A DNA stretch of 64,000 nucleotides from Gammaproteobacteria bacterium (GCA_963662545.2 CAXXLL010000003.1:896001-960000); one strand, 5' to 3'. Shown: positions 37,810-50,536, counted from the first letter of the stretch. Program-made: numbers and translations. The notes: generated by a model from the letters alone, not told the origin.

Positions 37810-39411
37810 CTATTCCCATTCGATAGTCGCTGGTGGCTTGCCCGATATATCGTAGACAACGCGCGATACGCCTTCGATTTCGTTAATGATCCGCCGCGAA
37901 ACGGTATCGAGGAATTCGTAGGGGAGGTGGGCCCAATGCGCCGTCATGAAGTCAACGGTTTCGACGGCTCGAAGTGCGATCACATGCGCGTAACGCCGCG
38001 CATCGCCTTGTACGCCGACCGACTTAATCGGCAAAAATACAGCAAACGCCTGGCTTACTTTGTCGTACAAATCGTGGCGGCGCAGCTCTTCTATGTAAAT
38101 CGCATCCGCGCGGCGCAGGCAATCGGCGTATTCCTGTCGGACTTCGCCCAGGATGCGAACGCCGAGGCCTGGACCTGGAAACGGGTGTCGATAGACGAGG
38201 GTGCGCGTCAATCCTAAAGCAATACCCACTTTTCGTACTTCATCCTTGAATAATTCCCGCAGAGGCTCGAGTAGTTTGAGCTTCATTCGATTCGGCAGGC
38301 CGCCGACGTTGTGATGCGATTTGATGACGTGGGCCTTGCCTGTTCCTGCACCGGCCGATTCGATCACATCGGGATAGATGGTGCCCTGGGCCAGCCAGGC
38401 CACACCGTCCAGAGTCGATGCTTCCTGCTCAAACACTTCGATGAAAGTGCGCCCGATGATTCGCCTCTTCTCTTCCGGATCGCTCACACCATGCAACGCG
38501 CCGAGGAACTGCTCCGAGGCGTCGACTGATCGGACATCGACACCCATGTGCTCCGCGAACGTCGCCATGACTTCCTCCACTTCATTCAGGCGCAAGAGCC
38601 CGTTGTCGACGAATACACAGGTCAGCCGATCGCCGATGGCCTCGTGCAGGATCGCGGCTACAACCGATGAATCGACCCCTCCGGAAAGTCCGAGCAACAC
38701 CCGATCGTGGCCAACCTGCGCACGGGTTCGGGCAATGCTGTCGACGATGATATTGTCCGGGTTCCACAGCGCACCGCAGCCGCAGATCTCGTGGACAAAG
38801 CGGTTGAGGATCGCCTGCCCCTGGGCGGTGTGCGTGACTTCCGGATGAAACTGCAGCCCGTAAAAATCGCGGGTTTCGTCGGCTATTCCCGCGATCGGCG
38901 CATTGTCGGTCGACGCGATACGCTTGAACCCTTCCGGAAACTCGGTAACGTGATCGCCGTGGCTCATCCAAACATCGAGTAAGCCATGACCCTCGTCGTT
39001 CGTTGCATCGTGCAGATCGCGCAGCAATTTCGAATGTCCGCGTGCGCGTAGGCGTGCATAGCCGAATTCACGTTCGCTCGACGCATCCACTTTACCGCCG
39101 AGTTGTACCGCCATTGTGTGCATGCCATAACAGATTCCAAGCACCGGCGTACCGATTTCAAAAACAGCCGATGGTGCGCGAAAATCGGGATTTTCATGTA
39201 CGGATTCCGGCCCGCCCGAAAGGATGATACCGCTGGGTGAAAAATCACGGATGGCGCTGTCGTCGAGATCGAATGGCCTGATTTCGCAGTAGACCTGCGC
39301 CTCGCGGATCCGCCGTGCGATCAGCTGCGTATATTGCGAGCCAAAATCGAGAATTAGGATCCGATCTGCATGTAGATCGGGGCCGGGATCGGTTACCTGT
39401 GTCGCTTCCAA
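37810..39411 (-). CDS. guaA: GMP synthase (glutamine-hydrolysing); start uncertain
   Basis: [27 protein letters not shown]. Confidence 0.97.
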   Translation of the reverse strand: MEATQVTDPGPDLHADRILILDFGSQYTQLIARRIREAQVYCEIRPFDLDDSAIRDFSPSGIILSGGPESVHENPDFRAPSAVFEIGTPVLGICYGMHTMAVQLGGKVDASSEREFGYARLRARGHSKLLRDLHDATNDEGHGLLDVWMSHGDHVTEFPEGFKRIASTDNAPIAGIADETRDFYGLQFHPEVTHTAQGQAILNRFVHEICGCGALWNPDNIIVDSIARTRAQVGHDRVLLGLSGGVDSSVVAAILHEAIGDRLTCVFVDNGLLRLNEVEEVMATFAEHMGVDVRSVDASEQFLGALHGVSDPEEKRRIIGRTFIEVFEQEASTLDGVAWLAQGTIYPDVIESAGAGTGKAHVIKSHHNVGGLPNRMKLKLLEPLRELFKDEVRKVGIALGLTRTLVYRHPFPGPGLGVRILGEVRQEYADCLRRADAIYIEELRRHDLYDKVSQAFAVFLPIKSVGVQGDARRYAHVIALRAVETVDFMTAHWAHLPYEFLDTVSRRIINEIEGVSRVVYDISGKPPATIEWE

Positions 39412-39443
39412 TGGAATGTGCGGTGCGGCTGATGAAACCTTAG

Positions 39444-39605
39444 GCAACCTCTGAATAAGTCATGGCACACCTGCCTTGCGCCTGAAATCGCGGAGCCTTA
39501 CGTTACGAATCTTGCCAAAGGTCCCCGCTATGGCCTGCGATTCGTGCCTTGATCTGCACGATTTCATGCACAATTCATTCGCACCATGATTTATCCAGAG
39601 GTTCC
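39444..39605. mobile_element. IS5-type MITE-3 copy 1 (162 bp)
   Basis: TIR G(G/C)AACCTCTG; TTAG duplication. Confidence 0.85.
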
Positions 39606-41069
39606 TTAGTCGAGGCGATAATTCGGCGCCTCTTTGGTGATCTGAACGTCGTGCGCATGGCTCTCGCGCATGCTGGCTGCGGTGACCTTGATAAACTTGG
39701 GTTTGCTGCGGAACTCCTCGATGTCCCGGCAGCCGGTATACCCCATAGCGGCCCGAACTCCACCGACCATCTGATGGACGATTGCGCTCATCGGACCTTT
39801 GTAGGGAACGCGGCCCTCGATGCCTTCGGGTACGAGTTTTTCGATCTCGTCGCTCTCCTGAAAATAGCGATCAGATGACCCGTGTATTTGCGACATGGCG
39901 CCTAGAGACCCCATACCGCGGTACGATTTATACGTCCGCCCCTGATACAACTCCACTTCTCCCGGCGCTTCCTCGGTGCCGGCGAAAAGCGACCCAATCA
40001 TGACACTGTGTGCGCCTGCCACGAGAACCTTGGCGACATCGCCTGAATAGCGTATACCGCCGTCGGAGATCAGAGGTATGCCTGTGTCCTTGAGCCGCGC
40101 GGCAACGCTGCTGACTGCGGTGATCTGAGGGACCCCGATGCCGGTGACAATTCGGGTCGTGCAGATGGACCCGGGTCCAATACCGACCTTGACCGCGTCA
40201 ACGCCTGCCTCGACCAGAGCTTCGGCCGCCTCTCCCGTAGCGATATTTCCTCCGATCAGTTGGACATCGGGAAACTGATCCTTAACCCATTTGACCGTGC
40301 TCAAAACACCTCGCGAGTGGCCGTGCGCAGTGTCGACGACGATGACGTCGGCACCTGCTTCGATCAATGCCTCGACGCGTTCCCGCGTACCCTCGCCCAC
40401 GCCTACGGCGGCTCCGACACGCAGTCTTTCGTCTGAATCCTTGCAGGAGTTGGGAAATTCGTCCGCTTTCTGAATATCCTTGACCGTGATCATTCCCCGT
40501 AGTTCGAAATCGCCGTTGACGACCAGCAGTTTCTCGATTCGATGCTGGTGCAATAGCGCGATAACTTCCTCTTTTTCGGCATCTTCGCCGACGGTTACGA
40601 GGCGGTCCTGCGGTGTCATGACCTCACCGATTGGTGCATCGAACCGGGTTTCAAATCTCAGATCGCGGCTCGTTACGATGCCGACGACCTGATCATTATC
40701 GACCACCGGCACACCGGAAATGCCGTGTGCTCGAGTAAGCGCGAGCACCTCGCCGACGCTGACACTGGGATCGATCGTAATGGGATCCCGAATAACGCCG
40801 CTCTCGAACTTCTTTACCTGCCGGACTTGAGCCGCCTGATCAACGGGGCTCATGTTCTTGTGGATAATGCCGACCCCACCCTCCTGTGCCAGCGCAATGG
40901 CGAGACGCGCCTCGGTAACCGTGTCCATGGCCGCCGCCAGAAGTGGGATTTGCAGGGAGATCTCGCGTGTCAGGTAAGAACTGAGGTCGACTTCGCGCGG
41001 GAGGACATCCGAGTAGTCGGGGACAAGCAGTACGTCATCGAAGGTCAAACCGTTATCGGCGACGCGCAT
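39606..41069 (-). CDS. guaB: IMP dehydrogenase
   Basis: [11 protein letters not shown] pair, GPGSICTTR. Confidence 0.98.
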   Translation of the reverse strand: MRVADNGLTFDDVLLVPDYSDVLPREVDLSSYLTREISLQIPLLAAAMDTVTEARLAIALAQEGGVGIIHKNMSPVDQAAQVRQVKKFESGVIRDPITIDPSVSVGEVLALTRAHGISGVPVVDNDQVVGIVTSRDLRFETRFDAPIGEVMTPQDRLVTVGEDAEKEEVIALLHQHRIEKLLVVNGDFELRGMITVKDIQKADEFPNSCKDSDERLRVGAAVGVGEGTRERVEALIEAGADVIVVDTAHGHSRGVLSTVKWVKDQFPDVQLIGGNIATGEAAEALVEAGVDAVKVGIGPGSICTTRIVTGIGVPQITAVSSVAARLKDTGIPLISDGGIRYSGDVAKVLVAGAHSVMIGSLFAGTEEAPGEVELYQGRTYKSYRGMGSLGAMSQIHGSSDRYFQESDEIEKLVPEGIEGRVPYKGPMSAIVHQMVGGVRAAMGYTGCRDIEEFRSKPKFIKVTAASMRESHAHDVQITKEAPNYRLD

Positions 41070-41131
41070 GACTGCAGGACATCCCGTAGAATGTAAACGG
41101 TCAATTATAGGGTTTTGGCGCCTACCGGTAA

Positions 41132-42532
41132 ATGTCGCGCGACAGAAAAACCACTCTGACGAAAGGCGATTCGGGTGTTTCAGCCCTCGCTCGGCGCGAC
41201 GTTTACTCCGTTACCCGTCTCAATGAAGCGGCCCGCGCGCTGATCGAGGACGAATTCGGTACCATTTGGGTCGAAGGCGAGATCTCCAACCTCGCCCGGC
41301 CATCGTCCGGTCACATCTATTTTTCGCTTAAGGATGAGGGTGCGCAGCTCCGCTGCGCTATGTTTCGCAGCCGCAATAATCTGCTTGGCTTCGAACCCAA
41401 AGACGGACTGCAGGTTCTAGCCCTCGGCCGTGTCAGCCTCTACACCGCTCGCGGATCCTTTCAACTGATTGTCGAAGCGCTCGAACCGGCCGGCGAAGGA
41501 TTACTGCGCCTGAAATTCGAGGAATTGAAACGCAAGCTAAACGATGAGGGGCTGTTCGATCCGGATCTGAAACAGGCGCTGCCGTACTGGCCACGTGCAA
41601 TCGGTGTCGTCACATCCATCACGGGAGCTGCGCTGCATGACATACTGAACGTGCTCAATCGGCGGTGTCCGTCGATCCCCGTGATCATTTACCCGACCTC
41701 CGTGCAAGGCGACGGAGCGGCGGCGGAAATTGCCGCCGCTATCGGCAATGCGTCGCGACGCGAAGAATGCGATGTCCTCATCATCGGCCGCGGCGGCGGT
41801 TCGCTCGAAGATCTATGGTCTTTCAATGAAGAAATCGTTGCCCGGGCCATTTACGCTTCACCTATTCCCATCGTCAGCGCCATAGGTCACGAAATCGATT
41901 TCACCATCGCCGATTTCGTCGCCGACGTTCGCGCAGCCACCCCTTCGGCCGCGGCCGAGTTGGTGTCTCCTGACGCATTGGAAGTAAATGCCAAGATCAT
42001 GAATTTTCGTCAACGCCTCGGCGCAACAGTTACGTTTGCACTCAAGACGCACGCTCATGAACTCAACCAGCTTTCGCAACGGCTGGTTTCGCCACGGCGA
42101 CGCCTTGAAATGCACTTTCAGAGACTCGACGAGCTGCTGCAACGCCTGCCCGTCGGCGTCAGCAACCAACTCAAACTGCACCGTGCTCGATTCGACGCGC
42201 TTCTAAGCCGCGCGAATATGGGATCACCGCAAGCGCGGATAGGCCTTCTGCGCCGCGACATATCCCATCTTTACCAGCGTCTCGACGCCGCCTTGCGTCG
42301 GAGCCTGCGCGACCAATGGCAGACTCTGAAGCGTTTCGAAAGTCTCCTGAACGCCCTTGGACCATCAGCGACGCTCGAACGAGGATACGCCATCGTGACC
42401 GATGAATCAGGCCGCATTGTGACGGACGCGAACGACCTGAAACGCCGGCAGGAAGTCACGACCCGCGTGGCGCGGGGACGGTTCAAGAGCGCCGTTATCA
42501 TGATCGAAGCTGAAGAAAAAGACTCGAGCTAA
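41132..42532 (+). CDS. xseA: Exodeoxyribonuclease VII large subunit
   Basis: [26 protein letters not shown]. Confidence 0.97.
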   Translation: MSRDRKTTLTKGDSGVSALARRDVYSVTRLNEAARALIEDEFGTIWVEGEISNLARPSSGHIYFSLKDEGAQLRCAMFRSRNNLLGFEPKDGLQVLALGRVSLYTARGSFQLIVEALEPAGEGLLRLKFEELKRKLNDEGLFDPDLKQALPYWPRAIGVVTSITGAALHDILNVLNRRCPSIPVIIYPTSVQGDGAAAEIAAAIGNASRREECDVLIIGRGGGSLEDLWSFNEEIVARAIYASPIPIVSAIGHEIDFTIADFVADVRAATPSAAAELVSPDALEVNAKIMNFRQRLGATVTFALKTHAHELNQLSQRLVSPRRRLEMHFQRLDELLQRLPVGVSNQLKLHRARFDALLSRANMGSPQARIGLLRRDISHLYQRLDAALRRSLRDQWQTLKRFESLLNALGPSATLERGYAIVTDESGRIVTDANDLKRRQEVTTRVARGRFKSAVIMIEAEEKDSS

Positions 42533-42757
42533 ACGGACACGCGGGAAGACGTAATGGAGGCGCAAAGCCTTTCCTCCGTGCAAATATCGATCAGCGCGCA
42601 TTACTTTCCGCATTGAGCGATTCTGTTCGCGCATTGCCGATACGCCGATGCGTATTTCACATAATGCGGCAGTTTGCTGGTTGAGGTGCGACGCTTGGTT
42701 CGCCCCCAACCGCCACCGGACTCAGGGCCACCTGCACGAGCGTCACTGCAACGCCCA

Positions 42758-43516
42758 CTAACCGTATTGCCACCAATACCAGAGCGCTCCAAAGAACTCG
42801 TAGATCGCGTAGCGCGTACCGAAAAGCGCTGTTATCGACGGCAGAAAATCGTTGAACACCGGCTTGAAGACGGGCCCTGAGACGAATCCAAGCGGTGCAG
42901 GGATTGGATCGAACCCTGCTTCTTCGAACGCACGCAGCGCGCGCGGCATGTGCATTGCGTGCGTCACCAGGATTATGGTGTCGAATGGAAATTGTTCGCG
43001 GCTATTGAGCGCGTTTTCCGCCGTGTTGTAGCTTTCGATTTCAGCCCAGCGTACCGACACCCCGAAATCTGCCTCCAAAACGTTGCGCATCAGCACCCCT
43101 TCGGGTGTTCCTAGGCCGCCTGGAGCACCCCCGGTGACGGCGATCTCGATGCCGGTTACTCGATGCAGATACGCGCCGTAACGCAGGCGTTCGAGCGTTA
43201 ATCGCGAGACGGTGTCGAACCCTTCGAATTCGGGCGCCTCCGAGTAGGCCCCACCGCTAAGAATGACGATTGCATCCACAGATTTCCCGGATAGTTGGTC
43301 CGGTTCAAAGGGCGGAATTGTCTCCAGCGAGCGGGCGATCCAAGCGGCGGTAAACGGCATGGAGAGTATCCACATCGAGAGTGCAGCAATGACCAGCAGC
43401 GAGAGACCGAGTCGACGCCATCTTAGGTAAAAAATGATTCCGAGCAGTCCAACTGCTGCGGGTGCGCCAGGAGGGAGCACGAGGGTCTTGACGATCGAAT
43501 AAAAGTCGATTTCCAA
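42758..43516 (-). CDS. YdcF/ElyC (DUF218) family protein
   Basis: IVILSGG, NTAENA, LVTHAMHMPRA. Confidence 0.88.
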   Translation of the reverse strand: MEIDFYSIVKTLVLPPGAPAAVGLLGIIFYLRWRRLGLSLLVIAALSMWILSMPFTAAWIARSLETIPPFEPDQLSGKSVDAIVILSGGAYSEAPEFEGFDTVSRLTLERLRYGAYLHRVTGIEIAVTGGAPGGLGTPEGVLMRNVLEADFGVSVRWAEIESYNTAENALNSREQFPFDTIILVTHAMHMPRALRAFEEAGFDPIPAPLGFVSGPVFKPVFNDFLPSITALFGTRYAIYEFFGALWYWWQYG

Positions 43517-43537
43517 TCGCCGACTCGGTGCGCTTAG

Positions 43538-43699
43538 GGAACCTCTGAATAAGTCATGGTGCGTCTGAATGGTTCATGAAATGGTGCAGATCAAGGCACC
43601 AATCGCAGGCCATAGCGGGGATTATTGGCAAAGTTCGTAACGTAAGGCTCCGCGATTTCATGGACAAGGCAGATGGGCCATGACTTAATCAGAGGTTCC
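43538..43699. mobile_element. IS5-type MITE-3 copy 2
   Basis: TIR GGAACCTCTG; TTAG duplication. Confidence 0.85.
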
Positions 43700-44659
43700 T
43701 TAGCCTATTCCGTGGCCCGTGGCTTGCTGATCCGCATGATAGGAGGATCGCACCAACGGTGCGCTCGCGACGTTGTGGAAGCCCAGTGCACGCCCGAAAT
43801 CCGCGAGATCATCGAATTCTTCGGGGGTGACGAACCGCTCGACTGGCAGATGCGCCCTGCTCGGTTGCAGATACTGGCCGATCGTTACCATGTCGCAATC
43901 GTGCCGGCGAAGATCTTTCAGCACCGACTTGACCTCGCCGATCGACTCTCCAAGTCCGAGCATCAAACCTGATTTTGTCGGAACGTCGGGCACCGCAGCC
44001 TTGAAGCGTCGGATGAGTTCCAGAGACCAGGCATAGTCCGAACCGGGGCGTACCTTCCTATAGAGCGCCGGGATGGTTTCGAGATTGTGGTTGAAGACGT
44101 CCGGCGGCGCTTGCAACAAGGCGTCCAACGCCTTCTCCATACGGCCGCGAAAGTCCGGGACCAGGATTTCAATGCGGATGGAAGGGACGCGTTCACGGAC
44201 CGCTCGCACGCAGTCCGCAAAATGCGCCGCGCCGCCATCCCTCAGATCGTCGCGGTCCACTGAAGTGATTACAACGTAATTCAAGGCCATGCGCTGCACC
44301 GCATTGGCCAGATGCTCGGGCTCGGAGGAGTCGAGCGCTTGCGGCCGGCCGTGCGCCACGTCACAAAACGGGCAGCGGCGCGTGCAGAGATCACCCATGA
44401 TCATAAAGGTCGCCGTGCCGTTCGTGAAACACTCTCCCAGATTAGGACAGGATGCTTCCTCACAGACGGTGTGAAGTCCCTCGTCGCGCAAAAGTTTCTT
44501 TAACGTCGTTACGCGCGGGTCAGTCGGCGCGCGAACTTTCAGCCAGGGTGGTTTCCGCGGCAGCGGCCCTTTAACAGGTATGACCTTGACGGGAATTCGT
44601 GCGACTTTGTCGCTGCCTCTTTGAGCACGCGTCGGTTTCGTCTCGAGTTTGGTATGCAT
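43700..44659 (-). CDS. lipA: Lipoyl synthase
   Basis: [26 protein letters not shown]. Confidence 0.98.
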   Translation of the reverse strand: MHTKLETKPTRAQRGSDKVARIPVKVIPVKGPLPRKPPWLKVRAPTDPRVTTLKKLLRDEGLHTVCEEASCPNLGECFTNGTATFMIMGDLCTRRCPFCDVAHGRPQALDSSEPEHLANAVQRMALNYVVITSVDRDDLRDGGAAHFADCVRAVRERVPSIRIEILVPDFRGRMEKALDALLQAPPDVFNHNLETIPALYRKVRPGSDYAWSLELIRRFKAAVPDVPTKSGLMLGLGESIGEVKSVLKDLRRHDCDMVTIGQYLQPSRAHLPVERFVTPEEFDDLADFGRALGFHNVASAPLVRSSYHADQQATGHGIG

Positions 44660-44668
44660 ACTTTGAAA

Positions 44669-45343
44669 TTATGCCGTTTGGGGCATGTATGCGATGCAGG
44701 TCGGGTCGGACGTATATTCCAGAACGAAAGGCAGATCGCCATATAGATGCCGAGTTACGATCGGAACGAATTCTCGTATAACAGCCCCCACATCGGCAGG
44801 TCCGCCCAAATCCGATAATTGGGTCACTGCAAGACCGGCATATCCACATGGATTGATGCGCGAAAATGGCTCGAGATCCATTGCAATGTTCAATGCGATA
44901 CCGTGATAGCTGTAACCGTTACGAATTCGTAAGCCGAGAGCCGCGACCTTGGCTGCACCGACATAGACGCCAGGCGCGCCCGCCCGCCGCTCCGCGACGA
45001 TCCCCAGTATGTCAAGATAGTCGATTAAGGACTGCTCCAATCGGCGCACGAGTTCGCGGGGACCAATGCCCAGGCGCTTGACGTTCAACAACGCGTACAA
45101 GACCAATTGTCCGGGACCGTGGTAGGTCACCTGACCGCCGCGGTCGCTGTTGACGACCGGGATTTCACCGGGAGCTAGTAGGTGCTCACTTTTTCCCGCG
45201 CGACCTTGCGTAAATATGGCCGGGTGTTCGAGCGCCCATAATTCGTCGTCCGAAGACGATGAACGGGACCGCGTAAAATTCTGCATGGCATGCCAGGCCT
45301 GCTCGTAGTCGATACTTCCGAGGTCGCGCAATACGACGTTCAT
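44669..45343 (-). CDS. lipB: Octanoyltransferase
   Basis: [20 protein letters not shown]. Confidence 0.97.
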   Translation of the reverse strand: MNVVLRDLGSIDYEQAWHAMQNFTRSRSSSSDDELWALEHPAIFTQGRAGKSEHLLAPGEIPVVNSDRGGQVTYHGPGQLVLYALLNVKRLGIGPRELVRRLEQSLIDYLDILGIVAERRAGAPGVYVGAAKVAALGLRIRNGYSYHGIALNIAMDLEPFSRINPCGYAGLAVTQLSDLGGPADVGAVIREFVPIVTRHLYGDLPFVLEYTSDPTCIAYMPQTA

Positions 45344-45636
45344 AGCACCATCAGCACCCGTTCGTGGGCGCAGAGCTCGGTATATAAACGGTCCAGTTGC
45401 TGCTGACTCTGAGCCTGGAACGTGACGGTGATCGATATGTATTTCCCATGCCGGCTCTGCTTGGATCGAATCGCTCCTTCGCCGAGATCGTCGACATGTC
45501 TGCGAACAATAGCCACGACCAAGGAGTCGAAATCCGCGGCGGCAGTACCCATGACTTTTAGCGGGAAATCACAGGGAAACTCGAGCAACGATTCGGCTTG
45601 CGTTGCCGCGGCCTCGTCGGGTGATTCTGCGGTCAT
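45340..45636 (-). CDS. ybeD: YbeD / DUF493 protein
   Basis: [23 protein letters not shown]; upstream of lipB. Confidence 0.9.
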   Translation of the reverse strand: MTAESPDEAAATQAESLLEFPCDFPLKVMGTAAADFDSLVVAIVRRHVDDLGEGAIRSKQSRHGKYISITVTFQAQSQQQLDRLYTELCAHERVLMVL

Positions 45637-45897
45637 CGCAAACATTGTAACGTGCGCCGGCCCCGATCACGGCCGGCGACATGGCGGATAAAGCCTATCA
45701 GCCTGTCGGATTACAGTTTTTCCGTATCGCAGCCGCTATCTAAAGGCAACAGGATTAAGACACCTAAGCTTTTGATCTAAAAAGATATGTGGAAACATCA
45801 TAGAATTCACTTTAAATAATGGCGCTAATGTGCCAAAATCGGATGGCGATATTGGTACCAAAGACCGAGTTGCCTGTGAAGTAAGGGGAATCACGGG

Positions 45898-46053
45898 ATG
45901 GAAGACATCCTCATAGCGCTGTATTACGTCGTTGCAATCGTGGTAGTCGTCGTGCATTACCTCGGTTTGCTCGAGGACCGCGGACTCGAGTGGATCGTGT
46001 ATGTCGTGGCCGCTTTGCTGTTTCCGATGTTGTATTTCGCCTATATTCCCTGA
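45898..46053 (+). CDS. Small 51-aa two-helix membrane protein
   Basis: AAGGGG RBS; MEDILIALYYVVAIVVVVVHYLGLLEDRGLEWIVYVVAALLFPMLYFAYIP. Confidence 0.55.
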   Translation: MEDILIALYYVVAIVVVVVHYLGLLEDRGLEWIVYVVAALLFPMLYFAYIP

Positions 46054-46065
46054 ATCCACCCTTTT

Positions 46066-46584
46066 TCAGCTCGCCAGGGCCTTGGGTCGCTGATGTGTCA
46101 CCACGTTAGCGCAACCGCGCTCTAGCTTGTCGAAGCGGCACGCCATCTCCAACATGTAGATGGCGCCGGTCGCAAACCGCATTTTGACTTCGCTCGCCGC
46201 AGGAATTTCGGCCACGAGGTAGCCGATCAGCTCCTCAAGACCAGGATTGTGGCCCAGGATCATCAAGTTTCGATGGCGCTTCTGGGTCTTGAGAACATTC
46301 ACAATGACTTCGAGCGAACCCAGATAGAGGGCATCGATCCACTCGGTACGGTCGCCAAAATCGACCTTCGCTCCCTCGGCAAACAGGTTCAAGGTTTCGC
46401 GGGCTCGACGCGCAGGTGAACTCAAGATCCATTCTGGTAGACGGTCATCTTGCGCCATCCATCGCCCCATTCGGCGGGCGTCACGAGCCCCGCGTTCGGA
46501 CAGCGGCCGCAAAAAATCCTCATGCTCGCCGCTATACAAATCAGATTTGGCGTGACGCATTACTGCCAATCGGTTCTTGGTCAT
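46066..46584 (-). CDS. sixA: SixA-like histidine phosphatase
   Basis: MRHAKS, SSPARRA, GHNPG. Confidence 0.8.
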   Translation of the reverse strand: MTKNRLAVMRHAKSDLYSGEHEDFLRPLSERGARDARRMGRWMAQDDRLPEWILSSPARRARETLNLFAEGAKVDFGDRTEWIDALYLGSLEVIVNVLKTQKRHRNLMILGHNPGLEELIGYLVAEIPAASEVKMRFATGAIYMLEMACRFDKLERGCANVVTHQRPKALAS

Positions 46585-46877
46585 AAATGATGCCAGAAAT
46601 CGTGATCCAGCCCGCAAGCCGACCACGGCGATTGGCGAATACGTAAATCCGACCCTATATATCACATCGCAGATAATCATTTTCTTACGCAACGCGACAG
46701 ATTTCACGTTGTGGTACATTTCGACGCTGCTCATCGCCTGATTGGCACCACTAAACCACGCTCCCCTCGCCTTGATACTTTGGAAAGACCGCCTTTGGCG
46801 TAACCGCGGACAATGTTGAGATAGGAAAGGCCCCATCACCCGGCCCCGGCACCCTGGCGGGTCTGGTTTGGGAAAGC

Positions 46878-47804
46878 ATGTACGACGCCAAATACGCGCT
46901 CGATATCAAAGGATTGCGAAAGACCTTCCGCAACGGTTTCGAGGCTCTGCATGCCATTGACCTGCGCGTACGTGCCGGCGATTTCTTCGCCCTGCTCGGG
47001 CCAAACGGGGCCGGAAAATCGACGACCATCGGCATCGTCAGCTCGCTCGTCAATAAGTCTGCTGGACGAGTATCAATCTTCGGTATCGATATTGACGAAG
47101 ATTTTTCGCTCGCCAAATCCTATATCGGAGTCGTACCACAGGAGATCAATTTCTCGCAGTTCGAAACTCCGCTCGAAATCGTCGTGAACCAGGCCGGCTA
47201 TTACGGTATCCAACGACGCATTGCGTTGGAACGTGCTGAAACATATCTAAAGCGTCTCGCGTTATGGGATCGGCGGAACGAAAACTCCAGAAATCTTTCC
47301 GGCGGAATGAAACGGCGTTTGATGATCGCTCGGGCTCTCATACATGAACCGCGGTTGTTGATACTCGACGAACCTTCAGCAGGCGTCGACATCGAGATTC
47401 GGCGCTCGATGTGGGAATTTCTGATCGGCCTCAATAAGGCAGGTACGACGATCATATTGACCACCCACTACTTGGAGGAGGCTGAACAACTTTGCAGGAA
47501 CATCGCCATTATCGACGACGGCAAGATCGTAGAAGATACGTCGATGCGCACCTTGCTTACCAAACTTCACGCGGAGACGTTCGTTCTGGATTGTGATTCG
47601 CGTTTGGACGAGCCGCCCGCTCTTAATGGATTCCTGGTTTCGAAAGTCGATGATCAAAGTTTCGAGGTCATCGTGGAAAAGCACCAGACCCTCAATGAGA
47701 TGTTCGCACAGATATCAGCTCAAGGCGTAAAGATCAAAAGCATGCGCAACAAGCGAAATCGGCTCGAAGAGCTATTTATAAAGCTGGTGCACCCCAATGA
47801 CTGA
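46878..47804 (+). CDS. ABC-2 transporter ATP-binding protein (YadG-like)
   Basis: GPNGAGKS, LSGGMKRR, LDEP. Confidence 0.95.
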   Translation: MYDAKYALDIKGLRKTFRNGFEALHAIDLRVRAGDFFALLGPNGAGKSTTIGIVSSLVNKSAGRVSIFGIDIDEDFSLAKSYIGVVPQEINFSQFETPLEIVVNQAGYYGIQRRIALERAETYLKRLALWDRRNENSRNLSGGMKRRLMIARALIHEPRLLILDEPSAGVDIEIRRSMWEFLIGLNKAGTTIILTTHYLEEAEQLCRNIAIIDDGKIVEDTSMRTLLTKLHAETFVLDCDSRLDEPPALNGFLVSKVDDQSFEVIVEKHQTLNEMFAQISAQGVKIKSMRNKRNRLEELFIKLVHPND

Positions 47805-48606
47805 AGAGGTGAAACGACTCTGGGCAGAAAACGCGAAATGGCGACGGTACTACATCGCTTTCAGCACCATCGTCATCAAGGAGTTCCACCGCTTCATACG
47901 CATCTGGGTGCAGACGATACTTCCACCGGCGATAACCATGGGCCTCTATTTCGTCATTTTTGGAAATCTGATTGGTCCGCGCATCGGACAGATGGGTGGA
48001 TTTACCTATATGCAATATATCGCCCCCGGTATCATCATGATGGCTATCATTACGAACGCCTATTCGAACGTTGTCTCGTCATTCTTCGGTGCCAAGTTCC
48101 AGCGTCATATTGAAGAAATCCTGATTGCGCCGGTGCCGAGCACATTGATTGTCGCGGGTTATGTAACTGGAGGCATGTGCCGAGGCATTATGGTAGGTGC
48201 CTTAGTCACTCTCGTCGCTTTGTTTTTTACCGATCTACAGGTAAATTCATGGTTTATCACCATTGCGGTGGTGGTCCTTACTTCCATTCTCTTTTCACTC
48301 GCTGGGTTCATCAACGCAATCTTCGCCAGGAAGTTCGACGATATTTCGATCGTGCCAACCTTTATATTGACTCCGCTGACCTTTTTGGGCGGAGTCTTTT
48401 ACTCGATCGATTTACTGCCGGAACTATGGCGGCAAATTTCGCTGCTCAATCCAGTTTTGTACATGGTAAATGCATTCAGGTATGGGATCCTGGGTGTCAG
48501 TGATATTGATTTACTCACGGCGTTTTCCGTCATCATCGCTTTCGTGATTGTGCTTGCGACGATAAGCGTACTACTGCTCGATCGCGGCGTCGGGATCCGA
48601 ACTTAG
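47797..48606 (+). CDS. ABC-2 transporter permease (YadH-like)
   Basis: RIWVQT, LGGVFYS, NPVLYMVNAFRYG. Confidence 0.93.
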   Translation: MTEEVKRLWAENAKWRRYYIAFSTIVIKEFHRFIRIWVQTILPPAITMGLYFVIFGNLIGPRIGQMGGFTYMQYIAPGIIMMAIITNAYSNVVSSFFGAKFQRHIEEILIAPVPSTLIVAGYVTGGMCRGIMVGALVTLVALFFTDLQVNSWFITIAVVVLTSILFSLAGFINAIFARKFDDISIVPTFILTPLTFLGGVFYSIDLLPELWRQISLLNPVLYMVNAFRYGILGVSDIDLLTAFSVIIAFVIVLATISVLLLDRGVGIRT

Positions 48607-48866
48607 AAGCCCGTCGTGAATGTCCAATACCGGAACAATACCGCGGGACGAAATTCAGCCCCGAGAGCCATTGATTTTCGCCCGTTATCCTGGACGCCTC
48701 CAGAGCACGAAGGCGCCGACGTTCATACCCGGCTCTTACTGCAAATGTACGTCAAGCGTTGGATTATGATCGCTGGATTTACTGGAACCCGCGACGCTGC
48801 GGGCGTAATCTATAGCCGACGCTAGCAGACCGTCCGACTTAGGGATTCATAACGTGGAGGGTGTCG

Positions 48867-49646
48867 ATGACTGCCGCCCGAAATTTGAGTACTCGACGCA
48901 AGGCTTACCGCGTGCGGCCGGATTCGGTCGACGAGTTGGACTTTGCGCTTCTCGAGAAACGATACAAAGTAGTCCGGGGTAAAGTCTCCGACATCGCAAT
49001 TGGCGGCGCGCAGGTGGAATTTCAGAATGGCAGCGCTCAACCGCTCGAGAGCGGCGCAAGGGTTCAACTGGCGGTAGCATCCGAACGCTACGATTTCGAC
49101 GCAAAGATATGGGCCCGGATCGTATCGAGCAATGGGGATCCAACGGATCAGATAGTACGTTTTTCTTTCGAAACTGAAAACGAAGGGCTGAATCCGGAGA
49201 GCGAAAAGTTTTTTGAGCTGTTCAACCGGCGAGCGATATATCGACGGGTCGAGAACGCTCCCGATACAACCTTGGATGCCGGCGTATCGCCCAAAATAGA
49301 CGGCGACGAGTCGCTGCAGACCTATCCTATATCAGTCCGGAATATTTCTAGCATCGGCGTCAGTTTCGCAATTGGGCCGGAAACGGACCAAAAACTCCGA
49401 GCTTGTACAGACCTCATTATCAGCGTCAATCTGCCAAATCATCCCGGATTGCAAATGATTGCATGCCAGGTGCGTCATCGTACTTCGAAAGGTGAATTGT
49501 ATTTTTACGGTTGCGAGTTCGACTGGACCGCGACGGCGAACTCCCTTGAGATCATTGAGGATATGGTTGCCTATCTTCTCGAACATTTCGACGCAGTCGA
49601 CCGCTTGACGGCTGACCGCAGGGAACAGCGAAAACGAGCCGGCTGA
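48867..49646 (+). CDS. Tandem PilZ-domain protein
   Basis: RRKAYR...DIAIGG and RRAIYR...NISSIG. Confidence 0.75.
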   Translation: MTAARNLSTRRKAYRVRPDSVDELDFALLEKRYKVVRGKVSDIAIGGAQVEFQNGSAQPLESGARVQLAVASERYDFDAKIWARIVSSNGDPTDQIVRFSFETENEGLNPESEKFFELFNRRAIYRRVENAPDTTLDAGVSPKIDGDESLQTYPISVRNISSIGVSFAIGPETDQKLRACTDLIISVNLPNHPGLQMIACQVRHRTSKGELYFYGCEFDWTATANSLEIIEDMVAYLLEHFDAVDRLTADRREQRKRAG

Positions 49647-49678
49647 AGCAAGGTTTTAGGTCAATGGACGCACGCGTT

Positions 49679-50521
49679 CTAGCTAGCTTGGCGTTCGGCA
49701 ATGTATGTCTGAAAGTGCGTGTAGGCTTCCAGGGCCAGTGGATAACGGCCCTCTTTTCCAACGGTATGGTTGTCGAGCAGCGCCACGCTGAGAAGATCCC
49801 GCGTTGAGCTCGCGAGCCAGATCTCATCGGCTTGCTTCAAGTCCGCATGAGATATTTTTGTCTCTTCGACGAAAATACCTGCCTCAACGAGAACCTCGAT
49901 CAGTAGTCCTCTCGTCACACCCGGTAGAAGGAGATTCGACAAGGGTGGCGTGCTGACCCGCCCGCCGTTGACTACGAATACATTGGTCGACGCGCCCTCC
50001 GTCACGGCATCCTCCCGCAGGAGTATTGCATCATAAGCGTTGGCCGCTTTCGCGTGATTACGGAGCAGCACATTAGCCAACAGCGAAGTCGATTTGATGT
50101 CGCACCGGATCCATCGAATGTCTTCTGAAGTAATAGCATTGACACGAGTCAGACCTGTGTATGCCGGGCCGGTTTGCGCCATGATTAGTACCGTAGGCCG
50201 AACGTCCGTTTGAAATACATGATCACGTTCTGCCGCTCCTCGAGTTACCTGGACATAAATTGAGCGCTGATTATTTTCGTTTGCTTCGAGTAATTGCTCT
50301 AGCAAGGCATTCCATGCCGAGGCTCGATGAGGGTTTTTGAGCTCAATGGCCAAGAGACTGCGTTCGAGCCGCGCGATGTGCTCTTCTGCAGCAAATAGTT
50401 TTCCGTGCTTAACGGGAATAACTTCATATACCGCATCACCAAACATGAACGCGCGATCCATTACGGATACTTTCGCGTCTTTCAGCGGTATGAACTCCCC
50501 GTTAAGATAGCAGGTGCTCAT
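49679..50521 (-). CDS. dat: D-amino acid aminotransferase (class IV)
   Basis: FGDAVYEV, DIKS, EGASTN, LPGVTR. Confidence 0.85.
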   Translation of the reverse strand: MSTCYLNGEFIPLKDAKVSVMDRAFMFGDAVYEVIPVKHGKLFAAEEHIARLERSLLAIELKNPHRASAWNALLEQLLEANENNQRSIYVQVTRGAAERDHVFQTDVRPTVLIMAQTGPAYTGLTRVNAITSEDIRWIRCDIKSTSLLANVLLRNHAKAANAYDAILLREDAVTEGASTNVFVVNGGRVSTPPLSNLLLPGVTRGLLIEVLVEAGIFVEETKISHADLKQADEIWLASSTRDLLSVALLDNHTVGKEGRYPLALEAYTHFQTYIAERQAS

Positions 50522-50536
50522 CCGGGTTCTACTCAT

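Noticed and set aside
45820-45834. Possible sigma54 promoter TGGCGCTAATGTGC
   Set aside because: GG-to-GC spacing is 9 rather than 10.
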